Shown: positions 1-10,621 of the stretch, piece by piece
Numbering within the stretch: the stretch's first letter is position 1
Layout: every line of letters starts with the position of its first letter
Assembly: GCA_051530055.1 (NCBI GenBank)
Contig: CM121342.1
Location: 4,525,489 to 4,589,488, forward strand
Length of the DNA: 64,000 nucleotides
Origin: Neoechinorhynchus agilis
Lineage: Eukaryota > Animalia > Acanthocephala
Direction: 5' to 3'
Made by a program: the position numbers and the translations under genes
Notes under the pieces: generated by a model
The model's database searches: none
What the model was told of the DNA's origin: nothing
The model's input: only the letters and a program-made list of their open reading frames with translations

Positions 1-184
1 AAGATTTTATATATCCAAAATTTATTGGTTTTTTTTGCCATTAAATACGCCCTCGAACTGAAATAATGATTAAAATATTCATCTGAAACCGTCTCAGAGA
101 TTCAACGCTATTAAAAGATTTTATCCAAAATTCATGAGGTGTCTTTGCATCATTTATGGACTGACAAAATTCTTTAACCTTTAG

Positions 185-915
185 GATACTCCCATTTGAT
201 AACCGTCGATCTTTCCCACTCGGCGGCTCCTGGATTTTTCGATTTCCCAGTGCAAAATATAAGTCCTTTGGAGCTCATTACAAAGTATATAGTTCACAAT
301 GTAAGCTTTGGCCGCTATTTTTCTTTACTTGCAATGTAACCGTAGATTTCGGATTACAAGAATGCGGTTGTAATTGCGTCCCGAGTTGACATGACTGAAA
401 AGGCTCATGCTTTATCGAAATCGGCTCAACTTGGATTTGGCCTAATATACGACGAGTCCGATGGAAGTGACCATTTGGATGGAAATCAAGAGAACGAGGA
501 CAAGGGTCATGCTTTAGTTGGCTGTGTAAAGAACAAGATCGCGATATTGATCGATGATGTCATTGACGATATCTTGGTTTATGAGAAATCAATAGCTTTT
601 CTACGGCGAAGCGGAGCTCGCAAGATCTACATTGTTGCAACTCATGCATACTTGTCAGAAGCCATTTTCGAACAGTTAAATGCCGTGTGCATTGAGCAGG
701 TCAGTTGATTTTTTTAGTGCAGCTTCTAATAGTTCTGTTTTTTTGAGTTGATCACCACAAACACCATTCGAAACGACGAATTTGTCGTCTATTCACCTAA
801 AGTTAAGATTCTAGACATCAGTGAATTGGTTATAGATGCCATCTATAAAGCTGCAAAGGAAGACAGAAAAGATTTCGTCGTGAACCGAAATGTCCAAAAG
901 GACAATTGCGAGTAG
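185..915 (+). CDS. PRPSAP: PRPP synthase-associated protein-like (PRPS family), 3' part, spliced
   Basis: Spliced reading GYSHLITVDL..PGFFDFPVQN..ISDYKNAVVIA..IAILIDDVIDD..IVATHA..LITTNTI..KVKILDISELVIDAI. GT-AG introns at 301-345 and about 700-747. Stop TAG at 913-915. The 5' exons lie before or at the window edge. Confidence 0.8.
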
Positions 916-1127
916 ATCTCATATATTTGTTTTCGTCTTTATAATTCGTGATTGGTATGAGGCTTTTCGACCAATTCCTAAAGAAGAGTACGTTTGAAGA
1001 TTGAATTCTATATGCCGGTGAAAAATCGAAGTAGTTTATTAGGTCCAATTGATTTCGGCGCGTTGATCAAAGTTGCTTGTGAGCTTTCTACAATTTAAGC
1101 TTACATAAATGTCGGACCTACACAACT

Positions 1128-1640
1128 AATTTTTTCGATTAAAGGAGTTGTTCATTTATAGATGTGTTCTTTGATGATGAGCAGAAGAAGAATAAATATT
1201 GATTTATTAATTCTCAATATTTGGTCCGCCTCGTCCGACTTTTGGGAATTAATAAATCAATATTTATTCTTCTTCTGCTCACCATCAAAGAACACATCTA
1301 TAAATAATCAACTTCTTTAATCGAAAAAATTATTTGTATTCTTTGGTGATGAGAATGAGAATAAATTTTGATTTATTAATTCTCAATATTTGGTCCGCCT
1401 CGTCCGACTTTTGGGAATTAATAAATCAATATTTATTCTTCTGCTCACCATCAAAGAACACATCTATAAATGAACAACTTCTTTAATCGAAAAAATTATT
1501 TGTATTCTTTGGTGATGAGAATGAGAATAAATTTTGATCTATTAATTCTCAAAAGTCGGAGACCAAATATTTAGAATTAATAAATCAATATTTATTCTTC
1601 TTCTGCTCATCATCAAAGAACACAAATGATTTTTTCGATT
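1128..1640. repeat. Fold-back repeat cluster (one long hairpin followed by two truncated copies)
   Basis: Arm aattttttcgattaaaggagttgttcatttatagatgtgttctttgatgatgagcagaag.. is inverted at about 1245-1335. The loop sequence ggtccgcctcgtccgactt recurs at about 1392 and, inverted, at about 1555. Confidence 0.85.
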
Positions 1641-1681
1641 AAAAATTTTCGAAGTTCTTCAGGTAGTATCTTTTAATAACT

Positions 1682-1722
1682 AACAAACTGATGATGAACC
1701 CGACGAGGTTCGAAACGTTTTC
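1682..1722 (+). ncRNA. Minimal hammerhead-like motif (degenerate stem I)
   Basis: CTGATGA-T-GAACC-cgacga-GGTTC-GAAAC-GTT, i.e. core, 5-bp stem II and palindromic ACGT stem III. Confidence 0.5.
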
Positions 1723-1790
1723 CATAATCCTAAACTTTATGAGGTCAGAATTGTTGATTTGCTCTAACACACGAATTTAATTATCAATTC

Positions 1791-2363
1791 TCACAAAGAC
1801 ATATCATCTTCAACGTTTATACCCACTGAGACAAGCAATTCATTTAAGTAAATTCGACATTGTGCCACTGACAATGGCATTTTATTTAATTTCCATTGAA
1901 TATGATAAGGACAGAGTCCAAGTTTTGGAAGTCCTCTTTTCTCACAATTTTGAACTTCACATTTGATTGTTGACTTTTTTATTTCGTCGAAAACGAAGGC
2001 TTCATTTCCACTCAGCTGCGCTTCCAAATACTCCAGCTCTTGTATTTTTCGAGAAATCAGTATGTACTTCATACTGTATTCTTCATCACAACTAAAAAAA
2101 GAGTGCATTTGCTCCACATATTGAATAAATTCTTTAGATCTTATCCTTGCTTTAAATTCATCTCTTTCAAATATTCTTTGAGTGCAACTCTCGACTTCTT
2201 TGAACTCATGATGACCCTGGATGCCAACTTTTGATAGACGATATTCTGGGCGTACTTTGAGGGATTTAAATGGATCTCGTTCATATTGAATGGCACTAAG
2301 GAATTGTTGGCTCAATGCTTCATTGGTCCACCGAATCATTATACTACGATCGGATCGGCGCAA
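1791..2363 (-). CDS. Hypothetical protein with C-terminal C-x4-C-x10-C-x2-H motif (zf-C3Hc3H / KANSL2-like, tentative)
   Basis: 190-aa open frame containing CEVQNCEKRGLPKLGLCPYHI. True start uncertain because the track start is TTG. Confidence 0.4.
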   Translation of the reverse strand: MRRSDRSIMIRWTNEALSQQFLSAIQYERDPFKSLKVRPEYRLSKVGIQGHHEFKEVESCTQRIFERDEFKARIRSKEFIQYVEQMHSFFSCDEEYSMKYILISRKIQELEYLEAQLSGNEAFVFDEIKKSTIKCEVQNCEKRGLPKLGLCPYHIQWKLNKMPLSVAQCRIYLNELLVSVGINVEDDMSL

Positions 2364-2841
2364 TATTTAGAGTTAAGTAGCATTTTTCGGAAATATCGAT
2401 CGATGACATCATTCTGTAACAGCTAAGAAACGTATTGTTCAAAATTGAATCACTCAAATGAAAACTGAAAATAGTATTTATTCTCAAAATTTAGTCCGGG
2501 TCGCAGGTTTATGTGAGCATCAATCTTGCAACCAACATTTTGAATTTGTTTGTTGCATTTTAGTCCTCTCAAAAACACTTGAGAAACTATACATCTAGGA
2601 TGAACCATTCCTAAATGATTTATATAATTTTTAAGAAATGAACTTCCACGATACTCTTTGACCTCAAATTGTTCCTCGCAAACCCGAACAGCTTATTGAA
2701 CCGAAAATTCGTCTAAATCAACAAATACAGAATTTTTTACCTAAGCATCGATACCAAAATTTGACCCGAAATTGTTTTACCTGCCAGCTTTTAAATTTAC
2801 TCATGTTTTATTCGCCGAAAATGAGGAGAATTTAGCTAAAC

Positions 2842-5800
2842 TCAATCGTTCGATTTCTTTCTATCGTCCTTATTACGTTCGATCGAGGATTTCCTATGTG
2901 TTAATCCTGAAGTACTGTTCATGTATTTCTCCTCCTCGATGCTAGTCGAACAATTTAGTAATAACATTTTATATAGATCTGAAGACGACTTACAAATGTT
3001 TGTTCATCAACTGGAAATCGAAGGTATTGAAGAATCGTGTATTTAGGTTGATTTTATGAGATTCTTCAAATGGATGAAGCCTTAAAGGATGGTCTTTAGG
3101 TCCAGAGTCCAGAATGCTTTCTTTAATCGTAAGCTAAATTTTTGCCAATAACGAAAAGATGTCAAACCGTCGATGATCGCATTCGGAAGGGCGTTCCATA
3201 AATCCTTTCCTAGCCAAGCAGTGCAACTACGAGATAAGTGTCTCGCTAGAAGGCCTATGGTAACTCGAACAAACTGAGGCGACTTAAAGTCCAGCGAGAA
3301 TCTTGGCTCATGGAGTAATTGATCGGATGATAAATCCCAAATGTCGATCGAATGCTCATAAGCGAGAAATATTCCGAGAAACACATTGATACAAGCTTGT
3401 TTGTCGCTGTCTAATATTGGATCAGTGAATGCAATCAGAACACTTTGAACTTTAAATTTTACCTGAAAATGCATTGTTATAGCATCTTGATAGGACGTGC
3501 ATTATTTCACGAGATTGCGATGTCCAAGGGGACGTCTTCTTGTAGGTATTTACATTGTGAACCATTTGACTTCCACCGTATTGAAGTGCCAAAGTATCGC
3601 CGGATTCTTCATAAAGAGATCTTAGCCGTCTGCACGAAATGATAAACGTTGTTCCCTTTAAAAACACTCGTTTACCGTTCAAAGTAGCTGTCGTCGTCGA
3701 TGCGAGACTCGTCCAAATAACCAAGTTTTTGTAGCTACAATTTTTAAATACAATTCCTTTAAAACTAGTTCTGAATTTTTATATAAAGGTTTTTCAATGA
3801 AAAATCGATCGAAGATTATCGGTGCCGCCTCAAAATTACGGACCATTAAGATTGTTGGGAATATCTTTTGTGCAAAATGTTTCCGGCCCGGTTGTTTTCT
3901 CGTATGGTTTTTTTATATAAAGGTTTTTCAATGAAAAATCGATCGAAGATTATCGGTGCCGCCTCAAAATTACGGACCATTAAGATTGTTGGGAATATCT
4001 TTGGTGCAAAATGTTTCCGGCCCGGTTGTTTTCTCGTATGGTTTTTTTATATAAAGGTTTTTCAATGAAAAATCGATCGAAGATTATCGGCGCCGCCTCA
4101 AAATTACGGACCATTAAGATTGTTGGGAATATCTTTTGTGCAAAATGTTTCCGGCCCGGTTGTTTTCTCGTATGGTTTTTTTATATAAAGGTTTTTCAAT
4201 GAAAAATCGATCGAAGATTATCGGTGCCGCCTCAAAATTACGGACCATTAAGATTGTTGGGAATATCTTTTGTGCAAAATGTTTCCGGCCCGGTTGTTTT
4301 TAATCAATGCGTCCATCAGCAGAATTTATTCCGTTTTGTCGATATATGTAGAACAGAGTAAAACCTCTCGAAATTCATTTCTAAATACCTGATAGCCGAT
4401 CGCATGTTTAGCGATCGAATACATGGCTGTATTGGTTCGATCTAGACAGTCCACGCAGTTAACACGGGTAATTCCTCTTTGAAATACTGGTGTTTTTCTC
4501 GGCGATAGCTGGAAAATGTTGATATTAAAAAGAAGGAAAAAGCACTGAGACTTACATTTGCAAAGAAACCTGTTTGCTTCACGTAATATTTGCTGATTTC
4601 ATCCAATTTCCCAAAAACTCCAGGCTCACTTCTTTGACCACTCGACATGTCATAATGAGTATAGAAGATTGTGTTCACGGGGATAAATTGCTGAGCATAA
4701 GAAACTGCTTTTTGAAAGTGATCGCTTAAATACTCTTCACGCTTCTTTTTCTCATTATGCTAGATTGTTTGGGGTTTGTAATAAACAAACTTTTTTTAGG
4801 AAAGCACCTTGACTAGATTAAGCACCAGGATGGGTGATCCGTGTCTTTGAAGGAGTTGTTTGAAATGTTGACAAGCACAAGTGTGAAACGGGTCAGGGCG
4901 GTCAAAAGTGATGGGCGGGAGCGGGACTTGCTTGGAATCCTGAGACCAATACCCAGGAACGGATCCTCTTAAGATTACAAAACTGCTACATTGACCTTTT
5001 ATAAGAAAACAAGATCCAAGATGAACAATTTGTTCCGTTTCTACTTCATTCGCGACGTTTCCCTTCAAAAAAATTTTAAAGGAATGATTCTCCACAAACT
5101 ACGAACCAGAACATCTCCACCCCTTTTTAAATATCGCGTCCCTGCCATTTTAGATGACCTTCTACTTATAAGAACGATGATCAAGTTATGACCAGCGAAT
5201 TCCATCGCAAATGTACCGATATATCCATGAATTAAGAAACTAAACCATGCCCAAGTCAGTTCAAGACTGCGAACTACATTTAACCACGTTTCGTTCCAAA
5301 CAAACTTCCAATCAGGTGAGAATCGAAATGCGCGATTTCCTTCACCACTTTCGGACATCACAATTCGATAATAATGTTGAAGGGAATGAGTGAGGTCGTA
5401 TGTATAACTGAAAAACATATTGGACGAAGGATCCGCATTGTGGAACATTTTTATATATTTCTTTTCTCTGTTGCTATCGGATTGCATCGATTTAGGATAA
5501 ACGCTTATCAGATCGAAGGAATTAACTTTATAGATTGAATGACAACCGATCTTCGCGACGATACAAGGCGCTTGAGAGACGACAATATAGTAGCCCTCGG
5601 TGAATCGGACGAATCCTAACGAATTAAAATTGAAATGTTGATATGTGAGGTACCGGGGGGGGGAATGTAATTAGAGAATTATTATGCTTAGAAGTCTACA
5701 CCCGCGGTAAATGATTATTTCAATTAAAAAACGGTCGTGGAATCTCATCGGGTTCATCTAACAAACTTAGATGATGAACCACCGACGAAATTCGCAGAAC

Positions 5801-6251
5801 TTCTTTTTAATCGAAAAATCATTTACCGCGGGTGTAGACTTCAAACCATAATAATTCCAAAATAAAATTGGTTTTGTAGAGACAAGTTTTAAAAGTACCA
5901 AATATTGCCGCTGCTTCTGTTTTCCTTATACAAGTCTGAAAAGAAGATTCCTGGTCCTTATTGAACTCTTGCTCCATCATCGCGCTAAACTGTTGCTCCG
6001 TATATTCATTCTAAAGTCCTTTTTAAAAAATCATCGAAGAAGTGGAAATCAAAACTTTGTCTTCTTCAATCGAGAGTTTCAATGGGTCCAACCGCCTTAT
6101 TCGCATCAGTCTAAACATGGTACAGTCCTCATCACTACCGGTGATAAATATCATCTAATAAAAAATTAGAAATAAAGCAATCCTGAAGTGAACTAACCGT
6201 CTGTGTCTCGTATATTGTGAATCTCCTCAAGGTTGTAAGTAGGTTTTTCAT
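2842..6251 (-). CDS. FIG4: Polyphosphoinositide phosphatase FIG4 (SAC domain), multi-exon
   Basis: Exons read [55 protein letters not shown], the catalytic [29 protein letters not shown] and [13 protein letters not shown]. The 3' end is approximate. Confidence 0.93.
3777..4300. repeat. Tandem repeat, 134-bp unit, about 3.9 copies, inside a FIG4 intron
   Basis: atataaaggtttttcaatg recurs at 3781, 3915, 4049 and about 4183. Confidence 0.95.
5676..5858. mobile_element. MITE-like inverted repeat in FIG4 intron, related to the 1625-1720 sequence
   Basis: gaagtctacacccgcggtaaatgatt ... aatcatttaccgcgggtgtagacttc. The internal ctaacaaac..gatgatgaacc..cgacga is shared with about 1680. Confidence 0.65.
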
Positions 6252-6430
6252 CTTAAAACTAATTTCGCGTACGATACAAAAACCACTTTAACCCCAATAA
6301 ATGCCGAAATTTTCAATGAGAAGCATAGGAGTTTATTGATTGAGATGCAATCAAGGTTTATTAAAGTTGCGACCGTTAATTTCAACAGGATGCCAAAGCG
6401 TTCGCTTTTAATATTAAGCTTTAACTTATA

Positions 6431-6560
6431 GTGAAGAATACTCGCCCATTTAAAAATCATTTTATTCTTCTGAAATATTTCGCGAAACAATGATTGAGAA
6501 GGGGAGATTTCCTCTCTTTCGAAATATTTCAGAAGAATAAAATGATTTTTAACCGTGGCG
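6431..6560. mobile_element. MITE-like element (same family as 50045-50213 and remnant at about 62125-62180)
   Basis: gtgaagaatactcg start, and inverted taaaaatcattttattcttctgaaatatttcg / cgaaatatttcagaagaataaaatgattttta. Confidence 0.7.
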
Positions 6561-6950
6561 AAATAAATCATTAAATCTCCAAAGCCATTTCTCCGTAATT
6601 GTACTATTCAATCACATCTACAAAAAAGTATTAAATAAAATGCACAGTTTTTCTACTCTGCGCTCAAAAATATCTACAAAATGTTTATTGAATTCTCATC
6701 AATTTTAACTAAGAAGACCTCACTCTGAAATTAATGTTCGAATCATTTAATGATTGAACACGAAGAATGAGATGGATCAGGTTCAAACTGAACGGCCAAA
6801 ATAAGTGAATATAATCGTGTTCTTTTGCAACCAAACCAAGTTCAGCACATGAGTTCAACAATTTAAATTATTTTTAAATATGCGTGGATAGCCGTAATAC
6901 GGCAAAAGCTCGAAAATAATGATTTTTCATTTTAGAAAATAAAACCTGAG

Positions 6951-7180
6951 ATTTTTAAACGTTAAAGTGAATACCCAACACCGCTGATTGGACACACTGC
7001 CCATTGATATCTTGCATCCGCAAAGCGCATAAATGACTTAATCCTCTGAACCATTCGGTTTTGGTATGGACGATCTGAGGATGTGGATGGACGTACTATT
7101 CGGTTCCCTGACTAAAATCGATAGGCTGCGTGTCCAAGAGAAATCAGCCGTGTAGGGTATTCATTTTAACGTTTAAAAAT
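6951..7180. mobile_element. Inverted-repeat element (about 40-bp arms)
   Basis: atttttaaacgttaaagtgaataccc ... gggtattcattttaacgtttaaaaat. Confidence 0.6.
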
Positions 7181-7384
7181 TTAATAGCTTTTATGAAATT
7201 AAAATAAAGAGCTTCGTAGAAGAATAGCAAATGTTGAAATTTAATTCACCCGTTAAAGATGAAAATAACTATATAAGCCGGAAAAAGATAAATCAAAAGT
7301 TTAAAATAGTTCACAAGTGATTCTTTCAATTTCAAAGCATTTGCCGCGGATTAAGTGTTTATCCTTTTTTCCAATGTTCAAATT

Positions 7385-8425
7385 AAAATGTCATGGGATA
7401 ATTCGAAGAAAAATCGAAATCAATCGCAGAACCATGTTTTTAATTATTTAGCGCCTCAATAAGGCTCTTTAGTATTCTTCATAGCCGACTTTTTATTTAA
7501 AGAGGTTTTTGTCGAGAAAAACATCTTCAAAAAAGAGAGAGAAAACTTTACGTTATCTTTTAGCCAAACTTTTTTATGTACTTCATTTTAAACCCATTTT
7601 CGTTCCAGGCGATCATTTCTATAGTTTGAATCTCGACTTTCTTTACGAACAGAAAACAAACTAAAATTTCATGAGATAATTCGAAAAAAAATCGAAATCA
7701 ATCGCAGAACCATGTTTTTAATTATTTAGCGCCTCAATAAGGCTCTTTAGTATTCTTCATAGCCGACTTTTTATTTAAAGAGGTTTTTGTCGAGAAAAAC
7801 ATCTTCAAAAAAGAGAGAGAAAACTTTACGTTATCTTTTAGCCAAACTTTTTTATGTACTTCATTTTAAATCCATTTTCGTTCCAGGCGATCATTTCTAT
7901 AGTTTGAATCTCGACTTTCTTTACGAACAGAAAACAAACTAAAATTTCATGAGATAATTCGAAGAAAAATCGAAATCAATCGCAGAACCATGTTTTTAAT
8001 TATTTAGCGCCTCAATAAGGCTCTTTAGTATTCTTCATAGCCGACTTTTTATTTAAAGAGGTTTTTGTCGAGAAAAACATCTTCAAAAAAGAGAGAGAAA
8101 ACTTTACGTTATCTTTTAGCCAAACTTTTTTATGTACTTCATTTTAAATCCATTTTCGTTCCAGGCGATCATTTCTATAGTTTGAATCTCGACTTTCTTT
8201 ACGAACAGAAAACAAACTAAAATGTCATGGGATAATTCGAAGAAAAATCGAAATCAATCGCAGAACCATGTTTTTAATTATTTAGCGCCTCAATGAGGCT
8301 CTTTAGTATTCTTCGTGGCCGACTTTTGATTTAAGGAGGTTTTTGTCGAGAAAAACATCTTCAAAAAAGAGAGAGATAACTTTACGTTATCTTTTAGCCA
8401 AAAAATTTTCATGTACTTCATTTTA
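7385..8425. repeat. Tandem repeat, 278-bp unit, about 3.75 copies
   Basis: attcgaa(g/a)aaaaatcgaaatcaatcgcagaacc at 7401, 7679, 7957 and 8235. Confidence 0.95.
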
Positions 8426-8512
8426 AACGCATTTTCCACCATCCGCATTTTCGCCTCAATTTTCCTTCAAGAAATTTAATCGCAAAAGTCAAAATGGAAT
8501 CTCATTCGTTTA

Positions 8513-8680
8513 TCAAGAAATCGTGCATCCTCCTTGCTGTGGGCAGTATTGCACCGGTGGAGCATAGTATCCAGGGTACCGTGTGGATTGTGATTGTGTT
8601 TGATACTGGTATCGGTATTGATATTGCCGTTGCTGGTACATGCTTGGTGGCATTTGAACTCCATAGTATTGAGAATACAT
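8513..8680 (-). CDS. Possible short Tyr/Gln/Pro-rich peptide or exon (55 aa)
   Basis: ATG-initiated frame below the ORF-track cutoff: MYSQYYGVQMPPSMYQQRQYQYRYQYQTQSQSTRYPGYYAPPVQYCPQQGGCTIS. Overlapping alternative frames exist. Confidence 0.25.
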   Translation of the reverse strand: MYSQYYGVQMPPSMYQQRQYQYRYQYQTQSQSTRYPGYYAPPVQYCPQQGGCTIS

Positions 8681-8984
8681 TGAGCAAACGGGATGTTTTT
8701 TGGGTTAGATATTTCTAGAGGGGAAATTCTAGACAACGTTATACAAAGCCACATTTAAAACATCATTTCTGTGACTCACAACAACGTTCATCTAAACCCT
8801 TGGTGGCGGCGACGGTGGTGATTCTATTCTTATTCACTCTCATTGTGTTCAGCGGGAAACTTTATGTTGGTAGTTTTTGGAAAAAATTTATACGTAAACT
8901 GTTCTTAAAAAATCTCAATCCCAATCTAGTTAAACTGCGCTAAGAAAGAGATATATAATGTAAAGATGTTCATCATTTAAACTA

Positions 8985-9147
8985 CTTTATAGTGAATTAT
9001 CAAATAATTGATAATTTTCGGCCTTCGTGTAGACCTTCTTCAGTCTATTGATCACGAACTCGAATATTTAAAAACTTACAATCAATAGACTGATGAAGGC
9101 CGACGCGAAGGCCGAAAATTATCAATTATTTGATAATTCATTATAAA
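8985..9147. mobile_element. Inverted-repeat element with a minimal hammerhead-like motif in each arm
   Basis: Plus arm CTGATGA-A-GGCC-gacgcgaa-GGCC-GAAAATTA (9090-9122). Minus arm CTGAAGA-A-GGTC-tacacgaa-GGCC-GAAAATTA (about 9010-9045). Decayed relative at about 21985-22080. Confidence 0.7.
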
Positions 9148-9504
9148 AGGGATAATGGTCTGTTTTTAGCAATGTAATACAGATCTTCATTGATTTTTCG
9201 ATACTTCGGAAAACAGAAATATTAAAGCAATAAAAAGTGGCATTTTTCGATCTAAATCAGTATCTTTTTAAAACGAATATTCATGATACCGCCTTTCTGG
9301 ATCACTCAGCTTCCGTTGTGATGAAATGGTCGATGGGACGGATGCAGCGTTCTCCCCGTTGGTTATATTTTGCATGAGCGGATCGTCAGTGGTTAGTCTG
9401 AGTCTTTTCGATAATTGATTCTACAGATCCTACGCTGCGGTACAAAACGACACGAGTGTCTCGAACTAAATTGCTATTTTGAAATATTTTTGAAGATTGA
9501 ACTT

Positions 9505-9776
9505 TTCATATTGGTAGTTTTATGGCAAAGAAATTAAATGTTATTGTTTAAATCGCTTGTCGACACCCGAGGAAGATCGCGTTAAAGAGACGAATCTATA
9601 TTTCGACCGATTGAATCTGCCACAGCTTAAATTGTAAACTTACAAATAATTTAAGCTGTGACCAATTCAATCGGTCGAAATGTACATTCGTCTCTTTAAC
9701 GCGATCTCCGTCGGGTGTCGACAAGCGATTTAAACAATAACATTTAATTTCTTCGCCATAAAACTACCAATATGAA
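9505..9776. repeat. Near-perfect 272-bp palindrome
   Basis: ttcatattggtagttttatggcaaagaaattaaatg ... catttaatttcttcgccataaaactaccaatatgaa, with pairing continuing almost to the centre. Confidence 0.9.
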
Positions 9777-10013
9777 CATATCTAACAACACCCGAATGTA
9801 ATCCTCAACCTAAGAAATTAAATGATGATTTCATTTTAATTTGTTCGTCACAAAACGACCTGCCGTTTGATTAAAAAGGAAGATGATTAACAACATTAAC
9901 GTTTGTATCAATGTGTGGCCTTTTATCACACGGCTGATAATTTTTGAGCACACAGCCCACCGATTTGGTTCAGAGAAGTAATTCAATTACTCAATGCACC
10001 GAACCATCCGGTA

Positions 10014-10215
10014 CGAGTTTGTACATTACTCCGGATCCTCAGATACCTCCCGAAGAGGAGGGACTCATCAGTGAGTTTCCTCCCTTCAACGGGGAATTTC
10101 GTCTCCTTTGGTTATGCGTCATTGGTGGTAACGGATTCGAACCAGTTGATTTTTAACTGGGATCAAGGGCATTAGTCCACTGGACCACCTCGACACAACT
10201 ACGGGATGTACAAAC
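10014..10215 (-). mobile_element. tRNA-derived SINE-like element with hammerhead-core body
   Basis: Minus strand: A-box-like TGGTCCAGTGG (10177-10187) and B-box GGTTCGAATCC (10133-10143), then GAC-GAAA..CTCA-CTGATGA-GTCC..AGGTATC-TGAG. Flanked by the inverted gagtttgtacat/atgtacaaactc. Confidence 0.6.
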
Positions 10216-10262
10216 TCAGCCAATTTTATATTTATTAATTCAAAGGCGATTGAATTTATGAA

Positions 10263-10480
10263 TTTTTATGAAGATTGGTCAGCAGGTGACTTATATCAAT
10301 GTGTGGCCTTTTATAACACGGCTGATAATTTTTGAGCACACAGCCCACCAATTTGGTTCAGAGAAGTAATTGAATTACTTCTCTGAACATGGTCGGTGGG
10401 ATGTATGCCCAAAAATTATCAGCCGTGTTATAAAAGGCCACACATTGATATAAGTTACCGGCTGGCCAATCTTCATAAAA
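10263..10480. repeat. Near-perfect palindrome of about 218 bp, with a half-copy at about 9905-9998
   Basis: tttttatgaagattgg..gagaagtaatt g aattacttctc..ccaatcttcataaaaa. Confidence 0.9.
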
Positions 10481-10621
10481 AAATTAACGTTGCTATTAAC
10501 ATTTTTGGTCGTTGAATCACATTTTCCGATCTGGAAAAAAGTTAAGAATTTGAAGTGATGAAATTGTAAAAGACGATAGTGTATCAAAGGAAATGGATTT
10601 ATTATATATAATTTCAACGAT

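Noticed and set aside
3868-4202. Two near-identical short ORFs
   Set aside because: Products of the 134-bp intronic tandem repeat.
10120-10195. Functional tRNA gene on the minus strand
   Set aside because: A and B boxes are present, but the acceptor and anticodon arms do not form a proper cloverleaf. Better read as a SINE head.
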